A stretch of 61,258 nt of DNA from Nanobdellota archaeon. Its GTDB lineage: Archaea > Nanobdellota > Nanobdellia > Woesearchaeales > GW2011-AR9. Below are positions 29,160 through 37,576 of the stretch, piece after piece. The stretch spans positions 1 through 61,258 of the forward strand of contig JBFMFP010000001.1 in assembly GCA_040751885.1 (NCBI GenBank). Reading direction: 5' to 3'. The first letter of the stretch is position 1, and each line of letters opens with the position of its first letter. The notes beneath the pieces were generated by a model. The model made no database searches and was not told the origin of the DNA. It worked only from the letters and a program-made list of their open reading frames with translations. A program made the position numbers and the translations under genes.

Positions 29160-29421
29160 TGCCCCGGCCGGGAATTTCACAGATGTCACGCAAATGTCAC
29201 GCCATTTGACAGGCGGAGCCTACGCTTCGCTTCGGCACAGATGTCACGCCGTTGGAGAGGCGAGGGCATGCATCTGCTTTGAACCCGGGTCACTGCCTTT
29301 CCTTGGATTTCTCTCTCGAAAGGGCAGTATGATAGTTTATCCTCCGGTAAACCCCAGAGATATGGGATTTCACGCGGTTTGTCCCTGATTTAACAATCAG
29401 ACCGGACTACACCACCGGGGC
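29160..29421 (-). tRNA. tRNA-Glu(UUC) with three introns (D-loop, 37/38 and T-loop 59/60)
   Basis: Minus-strand read: GCCCCGG-TG-GTGTAGTCCGGTC[~65 nt]TATCAT-A-CTGCC-CTTTCG[18 nt]A-GGCAG-TGAC-CCGGG-TTCAAA[104 nt]T-CCCGG-CCGGGGC-A. Confidence 0.8.
29174..29277 (-). other. T-loop (59/60) intron, family 1, in tRNA-Glu
   Basis: The junctions form CCGGG/UUCA/AAG/CAGAUG...CAUCUG/UGAA/AUU/CCCGG, a canonical bulge-helix-bulge. The core is homologous to 44804-44917 and 33298-33427. Confidence 0.75.
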
Positions 29422-29499
29422 GTTATTATCCCTGAAAAAGGATTGGTTTAAAAAAGTTTCCACAAATCTTATAAAATTAGGGTATGAATTATAATAACT

Positions 29500-29856
29500 A
29501 TGGCTGAAAAAGTAATTCTTGGTCTGACTGAACCGGTGAAAATAAAAGGGCGTGAAGGAAGAAATGCAGATATTATCGCCAGAATAGATACCGGGGCAAC
29601 TTCTTCATCAATTGACATGCGGCTGGCTGAAGAGCTTGGGCTGAAACAAATACCGCGCTCAAAAGTTGTAAAATCAGCTTCCGGTGTTAAAAAAAGGTCG
29701 TTGGCGAGGGCAAGAATAATTATCAAGGGAATGGAGATAGAAGAAGAGTTTACTTTAGCTGACCGCAGCCAGATGACTTACAAGATGCTTATTGGCCAGA
29801 ATATCCTCAGAAAAGGAAGCGTCCTTATTGACCCCTCTCTTAATGTAATAAAATAA
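29500..29856 (+). CDS. Retropepsin-like aspartic protease (RimK-associated, DUF785-type)
   Basis: ARIDTGATSSSID motif, directly upstream of a rimK-like gene. Confidence 0.7.
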   Translation: MAEKVILGLTEPVKIKGREGRNADIIARIDTGATSSSIDMRLAEELGLKQIPRSKVVKSASGVKKRSLARARIIIKGMEIEEEFTLADRSQMTYKMLIGQNILRKGSVLIDPSLNVIK

Positions 29857-29951
29857 TGAGTGCAGGGAATCGTGAATGCGGATAAATTAAGAATATAGAT
29901 TAAATCAAGAATATAGGTCAAATTAAGAATATAGACTAATGTAGACAATTG

Positions 29952-31058
29952 ATGCTTGATACCATGAGAAATCTGAGCGCAGCTTTAATTTCACAGGGAA
30001 GCAAAAGTTCCCTCATGACGGCTGAAGCTATGAGGAAGTATTTTAGCCGTGTGGACATGCTCCAGCTAAAGAATGTTAAAGTCAGTCTGGGCAAGGAAAG
30101 CGGGGTATATTACGAGGGCAAACCCCTGGATTATTACGATTGTGTTTATATCAAAGGCTCATTCCGTTATGCGAATCTGCAGCGTTCAATTGCTCTCATG
30201 CTGGAAGGCAAAGTTCCCTATATGCCCTTTCCTGCAAACAGTTTTACTGTCGTCCATAACAAGCTCTTGACCCATTTAATTTTGCAGCAGCATAATATTC
30301 CCATGCCAAAAACGTTTATTTCTCCGACGACGGATGCGGCGAAAGAGCTTCTTGGGATGATAAAATATCCCCTCGTCATGAAATTTCCGCAGGGAACGCA
30401 GGGAAAGGGGGTAATGTTTGCGGATACGTTCAGCTCAGCATCTTCCTTATTGGATGCTTTAGGAGTATTAAACCAGCCGTTTATCGTTCAGGAGTATGTG
30501 GAAACCGGTGGGACGGACGTTCGAGCCCTGGTTGTAGGGGATAAAGTTGTGGCGGCAATGCGCAGGAGGGCGCAACGGGAAGAAAAAAGGGCTAATATTC
30601 ATGCCGGCGGCAATGGTGAATTGGCTGTTTTAGACAGGGAAGCAGTTGCTCTGGCTTTAAAGACGGCAAGAATTCTTGAGGTAGATATCTGTGGTGTGGA
30701 TATGTTGGAAGGCTCTTTTGGTCCCGTGGTCATAGAAGCTAACCTTTCCCCCGGGGTGCAAGGCATAAATGAAGGTGCGCTCCTGGACCTTCCCGATGAA
30801 ATCGCTAAATTTCTCTTTAAAAAGACAGAAGAAGCTTTATACAAAAAAAACAAGCAGGCGGCAGATGAAGTAATGAAGGGCCTTACTTTGGAGTCCAAAA
30901 CTCCGCCTGGCCAGAAAATAATCACCGATCTTAAGTTCCGCGGGGAGAGAATTATTCTGCCGGAATGGATTACTAAAATTACCGGATTTAATGAGCAAAA
31001 AGAGTATATAATAAAAGCTGGCAAAGGCAGGTTGGAGGTGGAAGAGAATTGGGAGTAA
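29952..31058 (+). CDS. rimK: RimK-family ATP-grasp alpha-L-glutamate ligase
   Basis: ATP-grasp blocks (PLVMKFPQGTQGKGV, VQEYVETGGTDVRALVVG, CGVDMLE). Confidence 0.8.
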   Translation: MLDTMRNLSAALISQGSKSSLMTAEAMRKYFSRVDMLQLKNVKVSLGKESGVYYEGKPLDYYDCVYIKGSFRYANLQRSIALMLEGKVPYMPFPANSFTVVHNKLLTHLILQQHNIPMPKTFISPTTDAAKELLGMIKYPLVMKFPQGTQGKGVMFADTFSSASSLLDALGVLNQPFIVQEYVETGGTDVRALVVGDKVVAAMRRRAQREEKRANIHAGGNGELAVLDREAVALALKTARILEVDICGVDMLEGSFGPVVIEANLSPGVQGINEGALLDLPDEIAKFLFKKTEEALYKKNKQAADEVMKGLTLESKTPPGQKIITDLKFRGERIILPEWITKITGFNEQKEYIIKAGKGRLEVEENWE

Positions 31059-31172
31059 GGGCTGATTTTTTAAAAAATTATAGAAGACAGCTTAATACTT
31101 GCTTATGATAATACTTGCTTATGATAAAAAATATATTTAAAAAAAGATTCTAAAAAATAAATTGATATAAAA

Positions 31173-31399
31173 GTAATACTTCAGTAACCTGAAGTTCAGC
31201 AAAGTCGTTAGGGTCACTTTGTTCCCAAGTTGCCTGACGGCAACCTAGTCTGTGAGCCACGACGATTTCCTTTACAGTTTATCGTAGGTATAACCAAAGT
31301 ATTTTCGCAGGAAATCGTACTTGTACTTCCGTAAATGGCCCTTCGTGGCTCACCTCTTGGCCAAGACGACGACTTTGCTTCACAAAGCTGAAGTATTAC
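31173..31399. mobile_element. TIR-bounded structured element, copy 1 (MITE-like or novel ncRNA)
   Basis: Perfect 12-bp termini gtaatacttcag / ctgaagtattac. Identical 8-bp atataaaa on both flanks (31165-31172 and 31400-31407). Nested internal helices such as gtgagccacga/tcgtggctcac. Homologous to 34496-34833. Confidence 0.6.
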
Positions 31400-31439
31400 A
31401 TATAAAAAATAAATTAATAAAGCATTAAACAACAAAAAA

Positions 31440-31796
31440 TTATTTCTTTTTTTTCTTTGTTACCTTTGCGGCTTTCTTTTCTTTAGCACTTTCTTCTTCA
31501 ATCACTTCTTCAGCAGGCTCTTCTTCTTCACTTTCCTGCTTTCTTTCTTGCTTTTCTTCGTCTTCTTTGTCTCTCTTCTTCCTGAACCAGATCAGGTAAA
31601 TAATCGGCAGCAAACCCAGTGTATTCAAGATTAAGATAGCTATAAACCAGCCTTTCTGCCCATTTTTTGCAGAGAACCACAGCCCAAGGCCATTCCAGAC
31701 GATGCTCCAGACGAACACTATTGCCAGCCCGAGCAGTACCTGAACAGGCAGCGTCTGAAAAGGCTGCTGGTATAAATCATAGAGTGCATTGAACAT
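31440..31796 (-). CDS. Small membrane protein with a charged C-terminal tail
   Basis: Two predicted TM helices followed by a KRDKEDEEKQERKQESEEEE tail. Confidence 0.6.
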   Translation of the reverse strand: MFNALYDLYQQPFQTLPVQVLLGLAIVFVWSIVWNGLGLWFSAKNGQKGWFIAILILNTLGLLPIIYLIWFRKKRDKEDEEKQERKQESEEEEPAEEVIEEESAKEKKAAKVTKKKKK

Positions 31797-31862
31797 AGTC
31801 TGCTTAATTTCACTTCTTCTTTTTAAATTTTTGTATAGAGAAAACTATCTTTTTGTATGTTT

Positions 31863-32798
31863 CTATTTTCTTACTTCCTTTTCTCTTTTTACTTCCCTTT
31901 TCTGTGTTTTTTTTCTTTGTTTTTTCTTTGTTTTTCTTTTAGAAGATTTAAGCGGATTGATTTTCTCCAAGTCCTCTAGAATGTCAGAGGCAATGAAGGA
32001 ATAGCCCTTTCTCTTTTTGAGCAATAAATCCCCTACATAACCGTTTATATAAGCAGCGGCTAGCGCACTCTTAAACAAATCCCCCGTTTTGGCTAAAAAG
32101 CCGACAGCCAGCCCAGCCAGAATATCCCCTGTTCCGCCTTTGGTCATGCCCTGGTTTCCTGTTCTGTTGTAAGCTATTTTATTGTTGGAAATGATGATGT
32201 CCGTAGGGCCTTTAAGCAGAAGAACGTTGTTGTTCTGCAGGAAGTAACGCAGGTTGCCTTGCAGTATTTCTGCCTTTTCCTTGGCATTGGACAGCTTTAA
32301 TTTGGGAAGAAGAAATTCCTTGCCGCTGTTAACAAGCATCATTTCCAGCTCAGTTTCATGGGGAGTAACTATACTGTTGTTAAATTCTTTAAATGAAAGC
32401 GATTTTAACGCATCGGCATCAACAACTTTAGGCTTTTGTGATTTCCTGACAAAATGCTGGCAGAACTTATCGGCTTTTCTGGTAATGCCATTGCCAATAA
32501 GCACGGCGTCAAATTTCTCCGCATATTTGATGATTTCTTTGGCGTTTTTAATATTAAATATTTTTCCTTTTACTTTGTAGGTTATTAAGTCTGGTGAGTA
32601 TTGATGCACGGCCCAGGCTACTTTTTCCGGTGCAGCTATCGTAACTAAGTCACATCCTGCCCTCAGTGCAGCCAGCCCGGCCAGAACTATTGCCCCTACA
32701 TACTCTTCAGAGCCGCCGATAATCAGAGCATGGCCATTCTCCCCCTTATGGGAAGTTTTCTTCCGCTCCATGAGGTTTTTAACGTGGTTTAAGTTCAT
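31863..32798 (-). CDS. ADP/ATP-dependent NAD(P)H-hydrate dehydratase (YjeF C-terminal type) with a Lys-rich tail
   Basis: HKGENGHALIIGGSEEYVGA and GGTGDILAGL motifs. Confidence 0.85.
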   Translation of the reverse strand: MNLNHVKNLMERKKTSHKGENGHALIIGGSEEYVGAIVLAGLAALRAGCDLVTIAAPEKVAWAVHQYSPDLITYKVKGKIFNIKNAKEIIKYAEKFDAVLIGNGITRKADKFCQHFVRKSQKPKVVDADALKSLSFKEFNNSIVTPHETELEMMLVNSGKEFLLPKLKLSNAKEKAEILQGNLRYFLQNNNVLLLKGPTDIIISNNKIAYNRTGNQGMTKGGTGDILAGLAVGFLAKTGDLFKSALAAAYINGYVGDLLLKKRKGYSFIASDILEDLEKINPLKSSKRKTKKKQRKKTQKREVKREKEVRK

Positions 32799-33206
32799 CT
32801 TTGTTGTGCCGCTTATTGTTCTTTTATTTGTTCTTTTATTATTCCTTCCTAATGACGTATTCTATTGTAATGATGTATTCACGTATTCTATTTCTATTGT
32901 AATGACATATTTCTATTGTATTCTAAGCTATTCTAAGGCATAATCTTCGACTTATGCTTTTTTTTAGCTTTATATATGTTTGTTGTAATTATCAAGTAGA
33001 AAATAAGAAAAAGAGAGTTTATTTTTAAATAAGAAGGTTCTAAATTGCTTCCTTTTTAAATAAGGGCATTTTTAATACACCTTTAATGAATTGTTTTTTG
33101 GAGAGTTTTGTAGGTTTTTTGCAAGTGTTTTTCTGTTGAACGGGCTTTGCTGATATTTTTCCGTTGAGAAAACCTTTTTAAAGAGCGCCTCTTCTTCCCC
33201 AGCTAT

Positions 33207-33441
33207 GGCCCCGTAGCTTAGCCTGGTAGAGCGCTGCTCTTATATGGGAGTGTTCTAAACAAAATCCTCCAAGCAAAGCAGAGGTCCCGAGTTCAAAGCA
33301 GATGCTACGCAGATGTCACGTCATCTGAGAGGCGAACCCTCGCTTCGCTCGGGGAAGACAAACATCCCCCTTGAGAGGCGAAGCCTACGCTGCGCTTCGG
33401 CAAGATAATAGCGTTCATCTACGAAAGTCTCGGCGGGGCCA
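33207..33441 (+). tRNA. tRNA-Ile(UAU) with a 37/38 intron and a 130-nt T-loop intron
   Basis: GGCCCCG-TA-GCTTAGCCTGGTAGAGC-G-CTGCT-CTTATA[~31 nt]A-AGCAG-AGGTC-CCGAG-TTCAAA[130 nt]T-CTCGG-CGGGGCC-A. Confidence 0.8.
33298..33427 (+). other. T-loop (59/60) intron, family 1, in tRNA-Ile (core inverted relative to the host tRNA)
   Basis: Plus-strand 33308-33354 is collinear with plus-strand 44808-44853, although the two host tRNAs are on opposite strands. Confidence 0.75.
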
Positions 33442-33518
33442 GTTTTTGTATTGTAACCGTTGTTTTAGAAAATTTATTCATTAAGAGTGCTTGAAATTCA
33501 TCTCTTTTCTTACATCTT

Positions 33519-34148
33519 TCAACACGTCTCCACAACATCCATCAGCGCAGCTGTAAACTGGACCTTCTTTACAATCGGGTGGGTGATGACATCACTGGTT
33601 TCGCCCTTGTGCAAGGTAATTACCTGCTCGGCAAGTATCTTTCCCGTGCTTTTCTTTATTATTTTAATTGGGATGAGAGGTTTGTCCCCCTTACAGTAGG
33701 CAGGCGTAGTCATTAATTTCCATTCTAATGCTCCGGCATAACTGTAACTGCCTTCTCCGAGCTTTAGGGAGTATTCTTCCCCGTCGCTGGTCTTAACAGT
33801 TACACTTGTAATTGTGCATTTCACTTCACAGTTTGTGTTATACAAATCGTTTATTTTGCCGCATTTGCCGTCAATGCATAGTAACTCGCCTGTACAATTG
33901 CTGTTGGCTTCGCATTTCAAAGGCTCGGCTGGCTTTACCGGCTCAGGAGCAGCGGATTTATTCTCTTCTGCTGTCGGTATTTTCTCCGGGGGCATTTCTT
34001 CAGCGGTTGTCGTCTTTTCTATTTCAGAAATTTTTGCGAGCTCCTCTCTTTTTTCTCCGCAGGAAACAAGAAAAATTAAGCAGGCTAAAACCAGGCAGAA
34101 CATTGCTGATGAGAAAACATTTTTTTTGGAGATATTAATTTTAATCAC
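33519..34148 (-). CDS. Secreted lipoprotein-like hypothetical protein
   Basis: Signal plus lipobox LVSC, a Pro/Glu-rich linker, and a Cys-rich module. Confidence 0.6.
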   Translation of the reverse strand: MIKINISKKNVFSSAMFCLVLACLIFLVSCGEKREELAKISEIEKTTTAEEMPPEKIPTAEENKSAAPEPVKPAEPLKCEANSNCTGELLCIDGKCGKINDLYNTNCEVKCTITSVTVKTSDGEEYSLKLGEGSYSYAGALEWKLMTTPAYCKGDKPLIPIKIIKKSTGKILAEQVITLHKGETSDVITHPIVKKVQFTAALMDVVETC

Positions 34149-34185
34149 CTTCTTTTTTTACGTCGTAATCTTAATCTGAATCAAA

Positions 34186-34370
34186 TGCGGCTGCCGGGAC
34201 TTCCAAGCTGCAACTATTTAGCTCGGTGGGCTTTATGCCCGCCATACTCGCCTAGATTGCTGGCTTTTGAACCCGGGTCACAGCCTCTCTGCGTAAGCAG
34301 AAAATAAAGCTTATCAATATTCTTTCTGCTCTTGGCAAGGCCGCATCTTGGACCACTGGACTACAGCCGC
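34186..34370 (-). tRNA. tRNA-Gly(GCC) with a 37/38 intron and a 66-nt T-loop intron
   Basis: GCGGCTG-TA-GTCCAGTGGTCCAAGAT-G-CGGCC-TTGCCA[~46 nt]A-GGCTG-TGAC-CCGGG-TTCAAA[66 nt]T-CCCGG-CAGCCGC-A. Confidence 0.8.
34200..34265 (-). other. T-loop (59/60) intron, family 2, in tRNA-Gly
   Basis: AGCCAGCAATCT..AGGCGAGTATGGCGGGCATAAAGCCCACCGAG..TTGCAGCTTGGAAG, homologous to 44577-44698. Confidence 0.75.
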
Positions 34371-34495
34371 ATAGATCAGTCCAAAATGTAGCTGATTAAT
34401 AAATTTTGTTGTGATTTGGCACAGGCCATCACTCACTTTTTGGATTGTGCCTGTGATTTCAAAATTGTTTAGGAAATGAAATCTATCTGCACCAA

Positions 34496-34833
34496 CGTAA
34501 TTATTCAGCTTCCTGAATCAAGTCATTTCATTCGTGCAGAGTCACTCTGTTCCTAGTTTGCTTACCAGCAAAAGTCAAAATGCTTAACGCATTTCGACGT
34601 TCAGCAAAGTCGTCTTGGTCGTGAATTTGGCAAAATCCTTGCAATGATTATCGTCAGTCAATCCGACGTTGTCATGGAAGGGATTTTGACATTAATTTTC
34701 AGTATATGGCTCTACCAAATTCACTTATTGACCCTGACGCAAGAAATACGAAAACTATCGTATTTCTGCGCAGAAAATAAGTCGTTGCTTATTTTCTTGC
34801 GACGACTTTGCTTCACAAAGCTGAATAATTACG
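34496..34833. mobile_element. TIR-bounded structured element, copy 2
   Basis: 14-bp termini cgtaattattcagc / gctgaataattacg. Shares a 5' module of about 70 nt and the 3' module gacgactttgcttcacaaagctgaa with copy 1. Stem covariation at 34557-34572. Confidence 0.6.
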
Positions 34834-34877
34834 CGCCAACAAAAACTTAATAAACAAACTTGGAATTTTACATTTAT

Positions 34878-35043
34878 CCCCCCTTAGTTTAGCGGCTAGA
34901 ACACTCGGCTGTAGAAATCCTTTAGAGTTGTCTGCTGACTGATATGAAAAAGGATCAGCCGTTACCGAGGGATCCCCGGTTCAAATATTGACGCTCGAGG
35001 CGACAATGCTTCGAACGGCAGTGAGAATGTCCGGGAGGGGGGA
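34878..35043 (+). tRNA. tRNA-Tyr(GUA) (C1-G72) with a 37/38 intron and a 44-nt T-loop insert
   Basis: CCCCCCT-TA-GTTTAGCGGCTAGAAC-A-CTCGG-CTGTAG[~49 nt]A-CCGAG-GGATC-CCCGG-TTCAAA[44 nt]T-CCGGG-AGGGGGG-A. Confidence 0.75.
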
Positions 35044-35140
35044 TTTAAAGGAAGGATGGTTTTCTATCCTTCTTTTTTCTTTGTCTATAAGACAATATTC
35101 TATAAGACAAAATTCTATAAGACAAACAAGTTATTATAAA

Positions 35141-35386
35141 TCACCTGTTCAACCTCACCAAAAATACTGCTGCAACTGCAATAAGTATTACAGCTACGAC
35201 CGCCGCAACAGCCGTGAACCAAGAGGCGTCTGTATCAAAAGTATCAAAACCGGAACTTGAAGCTGCCGTTGCTCCGGTAATCCCGCTGCCCTGTGTAGAA
35301 ACAACTATGCCTAAAACAGCTACGCCCAGAATAATAAACAAAATTATTAACGTCCTCTTCAGGTCTTTTTTGCTTTCTTCTTCCAT
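35141..35386 (-). CDS. Small two-TM membrane protein
   Basis: 81 aa with two hydrophobic helices flanking a Ser/Thr/Gly-rich loop. Confidence 0.5.
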   Translation of the reverse strand: MEEESKKDLKRTLIILFIILGVAVLGIVVSTQGSGITGATAASSSGFDTFDTDASWFTAVAAVVAVILIAVAAVFLVRLNR

Positions 35387-35546
35387 CTTTTCTGCACAGA
35401 CTTAATTAAGATAAATTGGCAGAAAAATAAGGAAATATAAAAACATTGTTCTTTTTTTTTGCGTGTTTTCTTTTTTTATATTCGTTTTGTATTTAACTAT
35501 TTACTATTTATTTACTTAGGAATTATGGACACCCCTCTGTATTTAA

Positions 35547-35960
35547 CTAAACAACTCTCACTTCTTTATTAAAAAACCTGCTTACTGCTCGGTTAATCAT
35601 CTTCAGATTTTTCCCGCCACGGCCAATTAAAATACTTTTGGTTTTCCTGCTGCTGTCTTTGATAACAATCCCGTTGTTCTCTTCAACAATCTCTTCAACA
35701 CTTGCCGGGTAAATCACATTCCTTACAAAGTCAACTGCATTATCGCGGTATTCAATAATCTTAACCCTTTTTCCTAGCTCGTTCTGCACCCTTCTGATAT
35801 TTATCCCGCCCTTGCCTATGGCTCTGCCCAATTCTCCTACACGGACAACAAAATAAATTGTCTCCTCGTCTTTAAAGCAGTCTTTGACATGGGCGCCAGT
35901 GATTCTTTCCATTATAGAAGACAATGCAAATGCTTCCTGATCAAGTATAAGTCGTTTCAT
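35547..35960 (-). CDS. nusA: Archaeal NusA-like KH-domain protein
   Basis: Two KH GxxG motifs (GKGGINIRR, GRGGKNLKM). Start MKRLIL overlaps the L30e stop (ATGA). Confidence 0.8.
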   Translation of the reverse strand: MKRLILDQEAFALSSIMERITGAHVKDCFKDEETIYFVVRVGELGRAIGKGGINIRRVQNELGKRVKIIEYRDNAVDFVRNVIYPASVEEIVEENNGIVIKDSSRKTKSILIGRGGKNLKMINRAVSRFFNKEVRVV

Positions 35961-36328
35961 TCCTTCGTCCCTAAGGCAAGAATAAGAAAGCCTTTCTTGC
36001 AAAGCAAGCCGAGTTCTTCGCTGTTTAAGGCCAGCTCAGCCAAAGGTATGCCGGCAAGAGCAGAATAACGTTTGAAATTATCTTTCTCTTTCACAGGACA
36101 GTTGCTGGCGAGGAACACCCGCTGCAGGGATTTGTTTCTTATTGCTTTAAGTACCATTTTAGAGCCGATGATGAGCTTCCCGGCCTGAATTTTATCTTTA
36201 AGTTCTTTTACCTCTTTTGTATCTTCTGCTCCTTTGGCAGTTTCCCTTCTCTTGACTTTTTCCTTCTTTTTTGAATATTCTATCTCCTTCATATCTCCCG
36301 TTTCTTTTTGTTCACTTTCCTTTGCCAT
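35957..36328 (-). CDS. rpl30e: 50S ribosomal protein eL30 (L30e) with a charged N-terminal extension
   Basis: GKLIIGSKMVLKAIRNKSLQRVFLASNCP, and position after rpoA''. Confidence 0.8.
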   Translation of the reverse strand: MAKESEQKETGDMKEIEYSKKKEKVKRRETAKGAEDTKEVKELKDKIQAGKLIIGSKMVLKAIRNKSLQRVFLASNCPVKEKDNFKRYSALAGIPLAELALNSEELGLLCKKGFLILALGTKE

Positions 36329-36433
36329 TTGCTATCTCTTGTTTTTACTTTCCTATTCGTCTTATTCGTTCTATTTATTTACTATTTATTCCACCTATTT
36401 ACAAATTCATTCTTACTTATTTAATTATTTATT

Positions 36434-37576
36434 CTATTTCATTTTTGTGACTAATCCGGGCAGCCCGGTCCCCAAAGGCACAGGCTGATTAATCATTACA
36501 TTCTCTACTACAGATGTCAGATGATCTACTTCACCTTCCAGAGCTGCATTGATTAAGTGCCTTATTGGAGTTTCAAATGAAGCCCTGGCCAGGACGCTGG
36601 CTTTCTCTTTAACCACTCCATAACGGGTTATCCCTTTTACTTCACCGCTTGCACACATTACGTCCGCAACCAGCATAACGTGACGGATGTCAATGTTCAA
36701 TCCCTGCATTTCAATAACACGATAAACTTCATTGATGATAGCCTGTCTTGCCGCTTCTATTCCCAGCAGGTTGTAAATCTCATAAATGTCATTGCAGAAT
36801 GTTCTTGAGGAATCAACTTCAGGCAAGGAAAGAACTTCTTTTAGGTTGCTTCCCGAAGTTAAGATGATGTACTCTTCGCCTCTTTTAACCGGCAGAACCT
36901 GCTTTATGCCTTTAATGCCGAATACCCTTACTTCTTTTATCTTTTCTTTGAGATTGTAAAGCTCTTTAATCTCTTCAGGCTTGCCCTTCTGAATAAATTC
37001 TATTTCGTCTTCTGAACTTTGTATCATAAACTCCTTTGCTTTTGACTTTATTACCCTAGCTAAATCCTTAGCGGATGTGCCGTAACTTTCCAGCAGCAGT
37101 TTGTTAAGCTTAACCTTAAGGGTCTGCTCAAATATATTCAAAGAGTATTCTGAAGCAAGCTCACCAAAATTAGTTTCTTTTATCTGAGTGGCAAATTTAC
37201 GCACCTGCTCCAGCTTATTGCAAGAACTCTTAAGAAAGATTTCCATCATCGGTGTTTTTAAGTCCTTCCGCGCATCAAAAATTTCAATTATCCGCGGCAG
37301 ACCAGTTGTAACATTCATTTCGGCAACGCCGGCAAAGTGGAATGTGTTCAGCGTCATCTGCGTTCCCGGCTCGCCAATGCTTTCAGCTCCAACCAAGCCT
37401 ACACATTCGCCGGGATTGATTTTTCCGGCATTGTAAGTCTTTAAAATTTCTTCCATTACTTCTGTAAGCGCTGATTTTGAAATAGAGCCGGGAAGATTAT
37501 TTTTCACTTCGTTGAGTATGGAAGGAGGCAGCCTGTCTGCGTAACTGTCAATGAATTCTTCATGCTCTGCTTTCAT
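36434..37576 (-). CDS. rpoA2: DNA-directed RNA polymerase subunit A''
   Basis: [28 protein letters not shown]. Confidence 0.95.
   Translation of the reverse strand: MKAEHEEFIDSYADRLPPSILNEVKNNLPGSISKSALTEVMEEILKTYNAGKINPGECVGLVGAESIGEPGTQMTLNTFHFAGVAEMNVTTGLPRIIEIFDARKDLKTPMMEIFLKSSCNKLEQVRKFATQIKETNFGELASEYSLNIFEQTLKVKLNKLLLESYGTSAKDLARVIKSKAKEFMIQSSEDEIEFIQKGKPEEIKELYNLKEKIKEVRVFGIKGIKQVLPVKRGEEYIILTSGSNLKEVLSLPEVDSSRTFCNDIYEIYNLLGIEAARQAIINEVYRVIEMQGLNIDIRHVMLVADVMCASGEVKGITRYGVVKEKASVLARASFETPIRHLINAALEGEVDHLTSVVENVMINQPVPLGTGLPGLVTKMK

Noticed and set aside
29194-29388. 64-aa plus-strand ORF
   Set aside because: It falls inside the introns and exons of the minus-strand tRNA-Glu.
31214-31435. 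73-aa ORF (and likewise the 68-aa ORF at 34644-34850) inside the TIR elements
   Set aside because: The two ORFs are on opposite strands, are not conserved between the two element copies, and run through stem-forming sequence. They are too short for a transposase.
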